From a bacterium (GTDB lineage: Bacteria; Patescibacteriota; Minisyncoccia; UBA6257; HR35): a stretch of 64,000 nucleotides of DNA. The DNA lies in contig JBEQAR010000001.1 in the NCBI GenBank assembly GCA_041640295.1, forward strand, positions 16,453 to 80,452, read 5' to 3'. This document shows positions 1-8,744 of this stretch, in pieces; within the stretch, counting starts at the first letter, position 1; each line of letters begins with the position of its first letter. Position numbers and translations under genes: made by a program. The notes under the pieces were generated by a model. The model did not search any database, was not told where the DNA came from, and was given only the letters and a program-made list of their open reading frames with translations.

Positions 1-120
1 AGATAATAATCCGTTACGTCCTAAAAATTTAATTCTAAAATTCTCTAATTCATCAGAATTTTTTATTTGATAATAAATTTGCTGAGCTTCTCTTAAAATA
101 CTATCTAATTTTTCTTTCAT
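1..120 (-). CDS. pheS: Phenylalanyl-tRNA synthetase alpha subunit, N-terminal fragment; the gene continues past the window start
   Basis: The reverse-complement translation from the ATG at 120-118 reads MKEKLDSILREAQQIYYQIKNSDELENFRIKFLGRNGLLS, which matches the conserved PheS N-terminal helix and the (K/R)-Y/F-LGKKG-L-T motif. The ORF is open to position 1. Confidence 0.5.
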   Translation of the reverse strand, partial: MKEKLDSILREAQQIYYQIKNSDELENFRIKFLGRNGLLS

Positions 121-134
121 TTCTTAAATAAACT

Positions 135-158
135 AAATTTAAATTTAAATTTAAATTT
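135..158. repeat. Tandem hexamer repeat (AAATTT)x4 in the AT-rich spacer downstream of recR
   Basis: Read directly from the sequence at 135-158. An adjacent perfect 12-bp tandem, ATTCTATTATAA x2, lies at 189-212. Confidence 0.6.
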
Positions 159-206
159 TTAAGTTAATTTTAAAACAATTTTATTTCAATTCTATTATAA
201 ATTCTA

Positions 207-797
207 TTATAAATCCAAAGCTTCTCTTAAGGTTTCTGGGTCAATAAATTCTATCTCTCCACCGGTTGGTATTCCTCTTTTGGGTTTTTTGATATTAAGA
301 TGATTAAATTTAGAAATTATTTTTTCAACTTCCTTTCTTGTCGGTTCAGCGTCTCTGGTTAATGGTAAAGCAATTATTACCTCTTTTATTTTTTTATCAA
401 CCGCCAATCTTTCTGATAACTTTTTCATTCTTTCTCTTAAAATTTCTTTATCTTCAAAGGGTAAAATTAATCCCCCTAAAACAAAGTAAACTCCTTTATA
501 TCTTTTTAAATTTTCAATTGTGATTAAATCTGTTTCTCTCGCTACAAGACAAAGTTTCGAAAAATCTCTTTTGGTATCTGAACAAATTTCACATAATTTT
601 TCATCAACAGTAGGAAAATAACATTTTTCACAAAAATTTAATTTCTCGATTAATAATTTAAAATAATCTAAAAATTTATTTTTAAATTTCTGATCTTGTT
701 TAAGAAACCAAAAAAACAATCGCCAAGCTTGACGCGGACCAATTTCGGGAAAACTATCAAAAATTTCAATAATTTTTTTGAATAAAGGATTAATCAT
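207..797 (-). CDS. recR: Recombination protein RecR
   Basis: The 196-aa protein has an N-terminal HhH region, a C4 zinc finger CEKC-x-CEIC and a Toprim-like C-terminal half, which is the RecR architecture. Confidence 0.85.
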   Translation of the reverse strand: MINPLFKKIIEIFDSFPEIGPRQAWRLFFWFLKQDQKFKNKFLDYFKLLIEKLNFCEKCYFPTVDEKLCEICSDTKRDFSKLCLVARETDLITIENLKRYKGVYFVLGGLILPFEDKEILRERMKKLSERLAVDKKIKEVIIALPLTRDAEPTRKEVEKIISKFNHLNIKKPKRGIPTGGEIEFIDPETLREALDL

Positions 798-934
798 AAA
801 GATTTAATTAAAATTCTTTTTACACTAAAATTATAAAGTTAATCACGACATTTTAAATTACTACCTTTCTTAATGATTTGATGATGAAATTTTATTGATT
901 AACTTTCGCTTATTTAATTTTATTAATTAACATT

Positions 935-1297
935 TTAAAGTATTCTAAAAAGATATTTTAGGTTTAAAAATATAAATAGCAATAAACTTAAGATTACCGA
1001 CAACAACACTAAAGCTCCTGACATATCTTTAATAATTCTAATCTTTTCATGATATTGCTGGCTTATTAAATTACAAATTTCTTCAATGGCAGTATTAAGA
1101 ATTTCTGAAAATAAAACAAAAAAAATTGTTAAAATTACAATTAAAAATTCAAGATAAGAAATTTTTAAAAAAGTAAAATAAATAATAGTTAAAATACCAA
1201 TCAATATTTCAATCTTAAAATGTTTATGAGTTAAATAAATATAATATAAACCTAAAAAGGCGTTTTTAAAACTTTGAAAAATATTTTTATTTTTCAT
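935..1297 (-). CDS. dgkA: Diacylglycerol kinase / undecaprenol kinase family membrane protein
   Basis: The 120-aa product has three TM segments and the conserved motif SEILNTAIEEICN, which matches the DgkA E-x-L-N-T-A-I-E signature. The size is typical of DgkA. Confidence 0.65.
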   Translation of the reverse strand: MKNKNIFQSFKNAFLGLYYIYLTHKHFKIEILIGILTIIYFTFLKISYLEFLIVILTIFFVLFSEILNTAIEEICNLISQQYHEKIRIIKDMSGALVLLSVILSLLLFIFLNLKYLFRIL

Positions 1298-1348
1298 ATA
1301 ATTATTTTAAAATATAAAGGTTATAATTTATATAAATTTAAAAATTAT

Positions 1349-1434
1349 GCCCGGGTGGCGGAATTGGCAGACGCGTTGGGCTTAAAACCCAATGGCCTAA
1401 TTAGGCCGTGTGGGTTCGACTCCCACCCCGGGCA
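1349..1434 (+). tRNA. tRNA-Leu (anticodon TAA), class II with a long variable arm
   Basis: The acceptor stem GCCCGGG pairs with CCCGGGC, the anticodon loop is CTTAAAA and the T-arm is GGTTCGACTCC. No CCA is encoded. Confidence 0.85.
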
Positions 1435-1438
1435 AAAA

Positions 1439-1522
1439 CCAGGGGTGGCAGAGTGGTCAATTGCACCTGGCTGTAAACCAGGCGCCCTTGTGGCTGCGCA
1501 GGTTCGAATCCTGCCCCCTGGA
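1439..1522 (+). tRNA. tRNA-Tyr (anticodon GTA), class II
   Basis: The acceptor stem CCAGGGG pairs with CCCCTGG, the anticodon stem-loop is CCTGG-CTGTAAA-CCAGG, there is a long variable arm and the T-loop is GGTTCGAATCC. Confidence 0.85.
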
Positions 1523-1534
1523 ATCATTTTATTT

Positions 1535-1607
1535 GCCAGGGTAGCTCAGTGGTTAGAGCACCGCTCTGGTAATGCGGAGGTCGCGGGTTCAAATCCCGTC
1601 CCTGGCT
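1535..1607 (+). tRNA. tRNA-Thr (anticodon GGT)
   Basis: The acceptor stem GCCAGGG pairs with CCCTGGC, the D-arm is GCTCAGTGGTTAGAGC, the anticodon loop is CTGGTAA and the T-arm is GGGTTCAAATCCC. Confidence 0.85.
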
Positions 1608-1612
1608 AAAAA

Positions 1613-1701
1613 GGAGAGGTGGCCGAATGGTTAAGGCAAGGTCCTGCTAAGACCTGTCCGTCTAAAAAACGGACTTGTGGGTTCGAATCCCACCCTCTCC
1701 G
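1613..1701 (+). tRNA. tRNA-Ser (anticodon GCT), class II
   Basis: The acceptor stem GGAGAGG pairs with CCTCTCC, the anticodon loop is CTGCTAA, there is a long variable arm and the discriminator is G. Confidence 0.85.
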
Positions 1702-1751
1702 CATAAAATAATTTTTAGTTTGAGTGATTAACTTTAATTTAAAAATTCGAA

Positions 1752-1836
1752 GGAGGGGTGGCAGAACGGCTAATGCGCTGGTCTTGAAAACCAGTGGCCC
1801 TTAGTGGCCTTGTGGGTTCGAATCCCACCCCCTCCG
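1752..1836 (+). tRNA. tRNA-Ser (anticodon TGA), class II
   Basis: The acceptor stem GGAGGGG pairs with CCCCTCC, the anticodon stem-loop is CTGGT-CTTGAAA-ACCAG and there is a long variable arm. Confidence 0.85.
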
Positions 1837-1962
1837 CTATTTTCATCTATCTTTTAATAGAAAAATTTTTTGATGAGATAATTAAAAATAATCTTCTGTA
1901 ATTATGTAGTTAGTTTACTTTTACTATTAAAATTTTTAATTTATATACCGATTAATAATTTG

Positions 1963-2034
1963 TGGACTGAGGGGGATTCGAACCCCCGACCTCTGCTTTG
2001 CGATAGCAGCGCTCTACCACTGAGCTATCAGCCC
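1963..2034 (-). tRNA. tRNA-Ala (anticodon CGC)
   Basis: The reverse complement gives GGGCTGATAGCTCAGTGGTAGAGCGCTGCTATCGCAAAGCAG...TCAGTCCA, with the G3:U70 Ala identity pair, anticodon loop ATCGCAA and T-arm GGGGGTTCGAATCCCCC. Confidence 0.8.
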
Positions 2035-2073
2035 ATTAAATTATATTTACTATTTAAATTATTTTACTTCAAA

Positions 2074-2505
2074 TTATAAGTTAAGAATAAAATTAATTGG
2101 ACCGGCATTTTGGCTTTCAATTATCATCTCCTCACCAAAAACACCATTAACAAAAGAGAAATTTTTACTTGCTAATAAGCTTAAAAATTTATCATAAATA
2201 TTTTTAGCTACATCTTTAGATAGATTATTAAACTCTGGTTTATTTTTTTCAATTTTTGCTATTAAAGTAACATTAGGAATAATCATTAAATAAATTTTTT
2301 TGTCTAAATCTGATAATGACTTTTTGAATTTCCCACCATCATCTATAAATTTAATTTTTAATAATTTATTAACAATTTCTTCTTCCCTATTTTCATCAAA
2401 TTTTTCTATTCCTAAATATATTAAATAGCCATCATTAATCTCTCCAAGTATTCTGTCCTTAACTAACAATTTTGCATATTTTACTTTTTGTATTAAAATT
2501 TTCAT
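2074..2505 (-). CDS. dtd: D-aminoacyl-tRNA deacylase
   Basis: The 143-aa product has the typical Dtd length, a conserved C-terminal SQNAGPINFIL that matches the Dtd (S/N)xGPVT motif, and a Dtd-like N-terminus (MKILIQKV). Confidence 0.8.
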   Translation of the reverse strand: MKILIQKVKYAKLLVKDRILGEINDGYLIYLGIEKFDENREEEIVNKLLKIKFIDDGGKFKKSLSDLDKKIYLMIIPNVTLIAKIEKNKPEFNNLSKDVAKNIYDKFLSLLASKNFSFVNGVFGEEMIIESQNAGPINFILNL

Positions 2506-2524
2506 TATAAGTTTTGTATTGAAG

Positions 2525-2668
2525 ATGACATTTTTAATTTTAATAGGGATATTTTTATTATTTTTATATTTTGCCTGGCAAGAACAAAAAGCTGGTAATA
2601 GCCAATGGGCAATTATTTTTATTATAGCTGGTTTTGCTTTTTTAATTATGGCAATGGTAGCTCGTTAA
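2525..2668 (+). CDS. Small hypothetical TM-hairpin protein, 47 aa; not in the supplied ORF track
   Basis: An ATG at 2525 opens an ORF that encodes MTFLILIGIFLLFLYFAWQEQKAGNSQWAIIFIIAGFAFLIMAMVAR. That is two hydrophobic helices separated by a short polar loop. No homology is recognised. Confidence 0.3.
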   Translation: MTFLILIGIFLLFLYFAWQEQKAGNSQWAIIFIIAGFAFLIMAMVAR

Positions 2669-2718
2669 TAATTTTATCTAAGATTAAGAAGGTACAGTAG
2701 CTAATAAAATTAAAACTC

Positions 2719-3609
2719 TTATTGAATTTTAAATGGAGCTTCCAGATGGAAGTGTCGTCCTGTCGTATATTTAAATGTTCTAGGATTAATAACTGTTCCA
2801 TTTTTTAATCTAATAGGAGGACCGGCTTCATAGATGATTTTTGCAAAACCTGCATCTTGAGCTGCTTCATATATATTTGCCCAGGCTTCATTATCATCTC
2901 TCCTTGTAGGTACTACATCGATAGCGGTACCATATAAAGTGTGACTTTTTGATTGATGATCGCCCCTCGAATAACCATCTGTTAAAATAACTGTAGTATC
3001 TCTATTTTTTAATTCTTCGTTAAATTTTATTAACAAATCTTTTAAATTTCTATTCACATATTCGGTTCCGTTATCGTTGTTTTCTGGAATAATATTACTT
3101 AAACCCGAAGGGAATAATTCTCTCCAAGAAACAATTTCTTCCTTTCTGCCAGTAATTATAATTAAAGCTCCAACCTTAGAATTTGTAGGAAAATTTCTTA
3201 TGTCTGTATCTGTTAAACTTTCAATCTCTAATCTTACCACCTGATAAATAACAATCCTTGGATCAAAAATAAATGGATTAATCCAATAAAGAACAGCACC
3301 AGAAAGAAAAATAACTACCAAACCAATAATAGCATTTTTCATCATTGATTTACCTTCCATTTTAACATCAGGTACAACACTTAATAAATTCTTAAAAGCA
3401 CCAAATAAAAAAACAAAAAATGCTAAAACAACAGCAATAGCTACACCTAAATTGTATAATCCTTGAAGACAATAAGAAATAGCATTAGGATTACCAATAT
3501 TAGACTCTCCACAATAATTTGAAATAAAATCTATTGGATTTTGTCCAAAAGTTTGCAAGGGTAATAATAGTAAAAAAATGAAATAAATTAATAAGAAATT
3601 AAACTGCAT
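2719..3609 (-). CDS. Secreted, membrane-anchored protein combining an N-terminal pilin-like TM hairpin with a C-terminal peptidase M15 (VanY/D-Ala-D-Ala carboxypeptidase-like) domain
   Basis: There is a signal peptide with a TFG-Q cleavage context and a Cys pair ahead of two TM helices separated by a K-rich loop. The C-terminus carries M15/LAS zinc-ligand motifs (SKSHTLYGTAIDV and HFHLE). It is tightly coupled to glyQS. Confidence 0.6.
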   Translation of the reverse strand: MQFNFLLIYFIFLLLLPLQTFGQNPIDFISNYCGESNIGNPNAISYCLQGLYNLGVAIAVVLAFFVFLFGAFKNLLSVVPDVKMEGKSMMKNAIIGLVVIFLSGAVLYWINPFIFDPRIVIYQVVRLEIESLTDTDIRNFPTNSKVGALIIITGRKEEIVSWRELFPSGLSNIIPENNDNGTEYVNRNLKDLLIKFNEELKNRDTTVILTDGYSRGDHQSKSHTLYGTAIDVVPTRRDDNEAWANIYEAAQDAGFAKIIYEAGPPIRLKNGTVINPRTFKYTTGRHFHLEAPFKIQ

Positions 3610-3610
3610 C

Positions 3611-4948
3611 TTAATTTTTTCTCAATTTTTCATTAATATAATTTAATAAATCATCGAAATGAACTCTATCTTGTTTAGCTGTATCTCTATCTCTAATAGT
3701 AAATGTATTATCTTCAAGTGATTGGAAATCAACCGTTAAACAAAATGGTGTACCTATTTCGTCTTGTCTTCGATAGCGTCTACCAATTGAACCACTTTCA
3801 TCATAAAAAACAATATAATAGTTCTTTAAATAATTATAAATTTCTTTTGCTTTTTTTATTAAGTTATCTTTATTTGAAAGTAATGGGAAGATAGCAATTT
3901 TTATTGGTGCAACCTGAGGAGCAAGTTTTAAAACTATTCTTTTTTCTCCATCAATTTCATCTTCATCATAAGCATCACAAATTAAAGCCAGAAAAATTCT
4001 TTCCACTCCCCAAGAAGGTTCAATAACATAAGGAATTATTTTTTTATTTTCTCTTTCATCAAAATAAGATAGATCTTTACCAGAAAATTTATTATGAGCC
4101 GATAAATCATAATCACCCCGATGAGCAATACCTTGAATCTCGTCATCACCAAAAGGAAATTTATAATAAATATCAATAGTTCTTTTTGAATAATGGGCTA
4201 ATTCTTCTTTTGCTTGCTCATAGATTATTAAATTTTTTTCTTTAAAGCCAAGAAATTTTGTATACCAGATTAAACTTTTTTCTAACCAATAATTTAACCA
4301 ATCAAAATTATCTTGAGGGTGAATGAAAAATTCAATTTCCATCTGTTCAAATTCTCTCATTCTAAAAATAAAATTTTTAGGTGTAATTTCATTTCGAAAA
4401 GCTTTACCAACTTGAGCGATTCCAAAAGGTAACTTAGCTCGATAAATTTTTAAATATTTATCAAAATTAACAAAAATTCCTTGAGCTGTTTCTGGTCTTA
4501 AAAAAGCTTGATAGGCTGATTCTTCTGTCGGACCAACATAAGTTTTGAACATTAAATTAAATTTTTTAGGTTCAGTTAAATTTCCACCACAAAGTGGGCA
4601 TAAATAATTTTCATTATTCTTTTTCACTTCACCATATTCACCCTTGAGATAATGATCGTACCTAAATCGATTATGACAATTTTTACACTCTATTAATAAA
4701 TCATAAAAATTTTCTAAATGACCTGAGGCTTGAAAAACTTCTGATTTACTAATTATCGGTGTTTCCAATAAGAAAATATTATTTTCTTGAAGAATAAAAT
4801 TAAACCACAAATTTTTAATATTATTTTTCATTAAAACCCCTAAATGACCAAAATCATAGAAACCCTTTAAACCGCCATATAAATCATAAGAATAAAAAAC
4901 AAATCCTCTTCTAGTAATTAAATTAACTATTTTTTCAAAATTAGACAT
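3611..4948 (-). CDS. glyQS: Glycyl-tRNA synthetase, dimeric class II type
   Basis: The 445-aa protein starts YDLYGGLKGFYDFGHLGVLMKNNIKNLW and carries class II motifs, consistent with the alpha2-type GlyRS. Confidence 0.9.
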   Translation of the reverse strand: MSNFEKIVNLITRRGFVFYSYDLYGGLKGFYDFGHLGVLMKNNIKNLWFNFILQENNIFLLETPIISKSEVFQASGHLENFYDLLIECKNCHNRFRYDHYLKGEYGEVKKNNENYLCPLCGGNLTEPKKFNLMFKTYVGPTEESAYQAFLRPETAQGIFVNFDKYLKIYRAKLPFGIAQVGKAFRNEITPKNFIFRMREFEQMEIEFFIHPQDNFDWLNYWLEKSLIWYTKFLGFKEKNLIIYEQAKEELAHYSKRTIDIYYKFPFGDDEIQGIAHRGDYDLSAHNKFSGKDLSYFDERENKKIIPYVIEPSWGVERIFLALICDAYDEDEIDGEKRIVLKLAPQVAPIKIAIFPLLSNKDNLIKKAKEIYNYLKNYYIVFYDESGSIGRRYRRQDEIGTPFCLTVDFQSLEDNTFTIRDRDTAKQDRVHFDDLLNYINEKLRKN

Positions 4949-4972
4949 TATTTTAAATTTTTGAATTAATTG

Positions 4973-6817
4973 CTATTTAATATTTAAAACTGTTATTGGT
5001 CGCGTTTTAATCTCAAAAATTTTTTGAGAAAATTTCCCTTGAGCAGTAATGTTAAATTCAGGTAATACAACGAAATCTCTAATATCACCGTATAGAGGCG
5101 GAGTAACGCTAATTTGAAAAGCAATTTGATAAGGTGGATAGACATCACAATAACCATACGAAAGATCATTAATTAAATAACTAAATTCACCTGTATCTGG
5201 ATTAAATTGCAAATTATTAGTATCAAAATTTAAATCAAAATTTCCCGTTAAACTCACTCCTAAAGGTATTTTCCCTTTAATCATTACATTTTGAAAATCT
5301 TCTCCAAAGGAACAAATATTAAAATAAGCACTTAGTGTAGTTTGTTGACCTTTAACTAATGGGAATGGACCGCTATTAGAAAAATATTTATCATAAGTAA
5401 TTTTAGGTTCTATTTTTATTTCGCCTGGAATAACTTTTGTTTCCTGAGTTTCGACAGTTAATTTTTTTGAAAGAATTTGAACTTCGGGAGGTATTGATTC
5501 TGTTTCTAAAACTGCTTTGGTTATTAAGGTTAAATCTTTTTTACCTGCTGGGTAGTTATTGACAGTTTTAATAGTAAAACGCACTGAATTTTTATTACCA
5601 GGTTGAATAGAAATTAATTCTGGTTTATTCCTTGCATTCCAAATAATTGAATTCTCAACAGGAGAAAAATAGCCATCAGTATTAATAGACTCAAAGTTAA
5701 AATCACCACTCAAATAAACTTTTACTTGTACATTTTCTAATGAAATTTTAGATTTATTTTCCCAAGTAATTTCATAAGTTAAATATTTATTTAACTCAAC
5801 TAAATAATCGGATGGATTAGAAGTAATAAACAATCTGATTGGGCTCTCAATAATATTTAAAGTTAAATTATAAGTTTTCAAAGCAAACTTTTTATTTCGA
5901 TAAATAATTTCAGGTTTAAAAGAAATTAAAGCATTATTAACAGGATGCGTTATTTTTGCAGTTATATTAATTTCTTCAGGTTGATTAATTTTTATTTGGT
6001 TAAATTGCCATTCCAATCCATAAGTAGGTGGAGGTTCAATCACTAAAGCTTCAATTCGAGGATTGGTTTCTAAAGATAAATTTAAATCATAAGTGGCTTC
6101 GGCAATATTGGTAAACTTAAGTGAAAGCAAAAACGGTTCATTGGTAAAAATTTGATTAGGAGCGAAAACTTGAAATAAAATAGGTTCTTTATTAACAGTA
6201 ATTAACAAATTTTTAGTTAAAGAAAATGATTGATTTTTCTTAGGGCTTAAATAATAAAGTTCAACATTAAGATTTAAATTTTTCCCAACATTAGCAAGAA
6301 AAAATAATTTAACTTTAATTTCTTTGCTCTCTTTCGACTGGAAATTACCCAAGTTATAAACAATTTTATTCTCCTCTGGATTATCAAAAGAGTAAATACC
6401 TTCATCTAATTTAATAATTGCTTTTACTTCATTAATTTCGTAATTAGAACCATTAGTTATTTTTATTGAGTATTCGTAGTTTTGGAGAGAGTTAACTTCA
6501 ATTGGACCAATGATTTCAATATTAATTCCTTTTAAATAAATACTACGATAATAAAAAATAAATGAAAATATACCAACACTAACTAAAAATAATAAAAATG
6601 AAATAATAAAAATTTTTTTCAAATTAAATTTAAAAAATGGAAACAGACTTGCTTCTTCTAATTGTTGTTGCCAATCTTCTTCTTGGGCTGGCGATTTTAA
6701 TTTCTTTCCCCAAATTTTTTTAACTTTACCTAATCGCTCTGATTTAATTTCACCATATAACTCTTTTTCTAATTTTTCTTCTAAGGAAGAATCTTCTTTG
6801 GGAATCTTATCTTCCAT
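4973..6817 (-). CDS. Hypothetical membrane-anchored surface protein with repeated beta-sandwich-like segments
   Basis: The 614-aa product has a charged N-terminus, a single TM at about residues 65-90, then a long extracytoplasmic region rich in N, Y, T and E with repetitive periodicity, reminiscent of CARDB/DUF11-like domains. There is no catalytic motif. Confidence 0.45.
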   Translation of the reverse strand: MEDKIPKEDSSLEEKLEKELYGEIKSERLGKVKKIWGKKLKSPAQEEDWQQQLEEASLFPFFKFNLKKIFIISFLLFLVSVGIFSFIFYYRSIYLKGINIEIIGPIEVNSLQNYEYSIKITNGSNYEINEVKAIIKLDEGIYSFDNPEENKIVYNLGNFQSKESKEIKVKLFFLANVGKNLNLNVELYYLSPKKNQSFSLTKNLLITVNKEPILFQVFAPNQIFTNEPFLLSLKFTNIAEATYDLNLSLETNPRIEALVIEPPPTYGLEWQFNQIKINQPEEINITAKITHPVNNALISFKPEIIYRNKKFALKTYNLTLNIIESPIRLFITSNPSDYLVELNKYLTYEITWENKSKISLENVQVKVYLSGDFNFESINTDGYFSPVENSIIWNARNKPELISIQPGNKNSVRFTIKTVNNYPAGKKDLTLITKAVLETESIPPEVQILSKKLTVETQETKVIPGEIKIEPKITYDKYFSNSGPFPLVKGQQTTLSAYFNICSFGEDFQNVMIKGKIPLGVSLTGNFDLNFDTNNLQFNPDTGEFSYLINDLSYGYCDVYPPYQIAFQISVTPPLYGDIRDFVVLPEFNITAQGKFSQKIFEIKTRPITVLNIK

Positions 6818-6828
6818 TATTCTATAAA

Positions 6829-7491
6829 TTATAAATTAATTTCTTTCAAATGACTTTTAAAAATTCTCTTTAAAAAATCTATTAATTTTTTATCTTTAAT
6901 ATACAAAAGTTTATTATTTTTGTAGTAAAAAACTAAATTTTTATAAAATTGGGCATCAATTTTCTCATAACTTGGTTTACGACAGCGATAACAATAAAAT
7001 TTAGCACCACGGTAATAAACATCACCACTAAGCTGTCGGTTACATTTACTACAATGAGTTAAATTAGGTGTTATTCCTAATTCTTCAAAAATTGAATTCA
7101 AAAACCAAATTAAAAAAGTTTTTTTATGTTTTAAGAGATAATAATCTAAATTGATTATTTGATTAAAAAAAGTAGAAGAAACTGAAAATAAACTAAAATA
7201 TCTTAAAAATCTTAGTGCCCATAGATAAGAATAAGGAAATTTTTTAAAAACTTTAATCGGTATTTTAAATGGTAAAAATGATAATATTTTAAAAAAATTC
7301 AACTCGGAGACTAAAAAAAATCTACCCCAAACTCCTGGTTGAATAACAGAAATAAGCTTACTTTCACTTCTATTAATTCCATCAATTCTTGCTTTGATAA
7401 TTCCTAATTCTTGTGTTAAAATATAAATAAGTGCTGATTTTTCTTTAATATTTTTTTTTATTAAAATTAAACCATTAATCTTTACATACAT
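6829..7491 (-). CDS. recO: DNA repair protein RecO
   Basis: The 220-aa product has an N-terminal OB-fold-like region and a C-terminal Cys4 zinc finger CSKC-x14-CYRC typical of RecO. recR is also present in the window. Confidence 0.7.
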   Translation of the reverse strand: MYVKINGLILIKKNIKEKSALIYILTQELGIIKARIDGINRSESKLISVIQPGVWGRFFLVSELNFFKILSFLPFKIPIKVFKKFPYSYLWALRFLRYFSLFSVSSTFFNQIINLDYYLLKHKKTFLIWFLNSIFEELGITPNLTHCSKCNRQLSGDVYYRGAKFYCYRCRKPSYEKIDAQFYKNLVFYYKNNKLLYIKDKKLIDFLKRIFKSHLKEINL

Positions 7492-7494
7492 ATA

Positions 7495-8736
7495 ATGGAT
7501 AGATTAAAAACAAAAAAATTAAAAACAATTTTGATATTTTTTATTTTAACATTAAATATTGCTTTAGCAATTACATTTTCATATTCGAAACCTAACTTCA
7601 ATTTTGAATTTGATTTAAAAAATACTAAAGAAAGCTCAAAAAATTTACTTGATAATTTTTTCCTTTCTAAATTACCTGGAGTTAGTCAAGAATACGATAA
7701 ACTCTTACTAAAGGTTTGGCAAAAAATAAATAATTACTATATAGAACAAGAAAAAATTAATCCAGATAAGGCAGCATTTGAAGCTATTCGGGGTATAGTA
7801 AAATCTTTAGAAGATCCTTATTCAGAAATTTATACCCCGAAGCAAGCAAAAATTTTTGAAGAAGATTTATCTGGTAAATTTTGTGGTATGGGAGCAGAAA
7901 TTGGATTTAGGAATAATGTTCTTACAATTATTTCTCCGCTTGAAGGTACACCAGCAGAAAGAGCAGGTATAAAAGCTGGAGATTTAATTTTAAAAATCAA
8001 TAACGAAGATACAGCTAAGATGACTTTAGAAGAAGCGGTTTCGAAGATTAGAGGGGAATGTAAAACTAAAGTGATACTTACAATCTTTAGAGAAGGTTGG
8101 GAAAAAGAAAAAGAAATTGAAATCATCAGAGAAGAGATAAAAATTTTACCAGTCAAAAGTGAATTTATTCCTCCTAATATTGGATATATAAAAATTAATA
8201 GCTTTAATCAAGAAACATTAGCTGATTTTTTAAAAAATTACAACAGCTTAAAACAAAAAGGGGCTAATAGGTTTATTTTAGATTTAAGAAATAATCCTGG
8301 TGGTTATTTAGATACTGCTATTAATCTATCAGAATTATTTATTCCAAGAGGTAAGGTTATTTTAAAAGAATTATGGGGTAAAGAAAAAAATAAAAAAAGA
8401 GTAGTTTCTGAAGGACCAGGTTATTTGGCAAATGAAAAAATTGTTGTTTTAGTTAATAAAGGAAGTGCTTCAGCTGCAGAAATTTTTGCCGGTGCTTTAA
8501 GAGATAATTTAGGAACAAAATTAATAGGAGAAAAAACATTCGGTAAAGGTAGTGTCCAGCAAGTATTTAAAATTGATGATTATTTATTAAAATTAACTGT
8601 GGCTTATTGGTTAACTCCTTCGGAAATAAAATTAGAAGGTCAAGGATTAGAACCTGATATTAAAATTGAAGATAAAAAAGAAAACGATAAAGATTTAATT
8701 TTAGAAAAGGCTAAAGAAATTATTAATAAATACTAA
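7495..8736 (+). CDS. ctpA: Carboxyl-terminal processing protease, S41 family
   Basis: The protein has an N-terminal TM, a PDZ domain (GIKAGDLILKIN), S41 motifs (LDLRNNPGGYL and NKGSASAAEIFAGAL) and a catalytic Ser/Lys context. Confidence 0.85.
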   Translation: MDRLKTKKLKTILIFFILTLNIALAITFSYSKPNFNFEFDLKNTKESSKNLLDNFFLSKLPGVSQEYDKLLLKVWQKINNYYIEQEKINPDKAAFEAIRGIVKSLEDPYSEIYTPKQAKIFEEDLSGKFCGMGAEIGFRNNVLTIISPLEGTPAERAGIKAGDLILKINNEDTAKMTLEEAVSKIRGECKTKVILTIFREGWEKEKEIEIIREEIKILPVKSEFIPPNIGYIKINSFNQETLADFLKNYNSLKQKGANRFILDLRNNPGGYLDTAINLSELFIPRGKVILKELWGKEKNKKRVVSEGPGYLANEKIVVLVNKGSASAAEIFAGALRDNLGTKLIGEKTFGKGSVQQVFKIDDYLLKLTVAYWLTPSEIKLEGQGLEPDIKIEDKKENDKDLILEKAKEIINKY

Positions 8737-8744
8737 AAATAAAA

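Noticed and set aside
1274-1609. Plus-strand ORF of 111 aa, and minus-strand ORF 1345..1527, in the ORF track
   Set aside because: Both are translations across the tRNA-Leu/Tyr/Thr genes. The tRNA structures explain the sequence fully.
3703-3894. Small opposite-strand ORFs within glyQS (3703..3894), the ctpA region (7830..8156), the r-protein region (29562..29813, 34191..34388), 40659..40871, 43391..43967, 44089..44283, 49277..49480, 50807..51040, 57676..57876 and 60478..60945
   Set aside because: All lie fully inside well-supported genes on the other strand and have AT-rich low-complexity translations. They are treated as noise.
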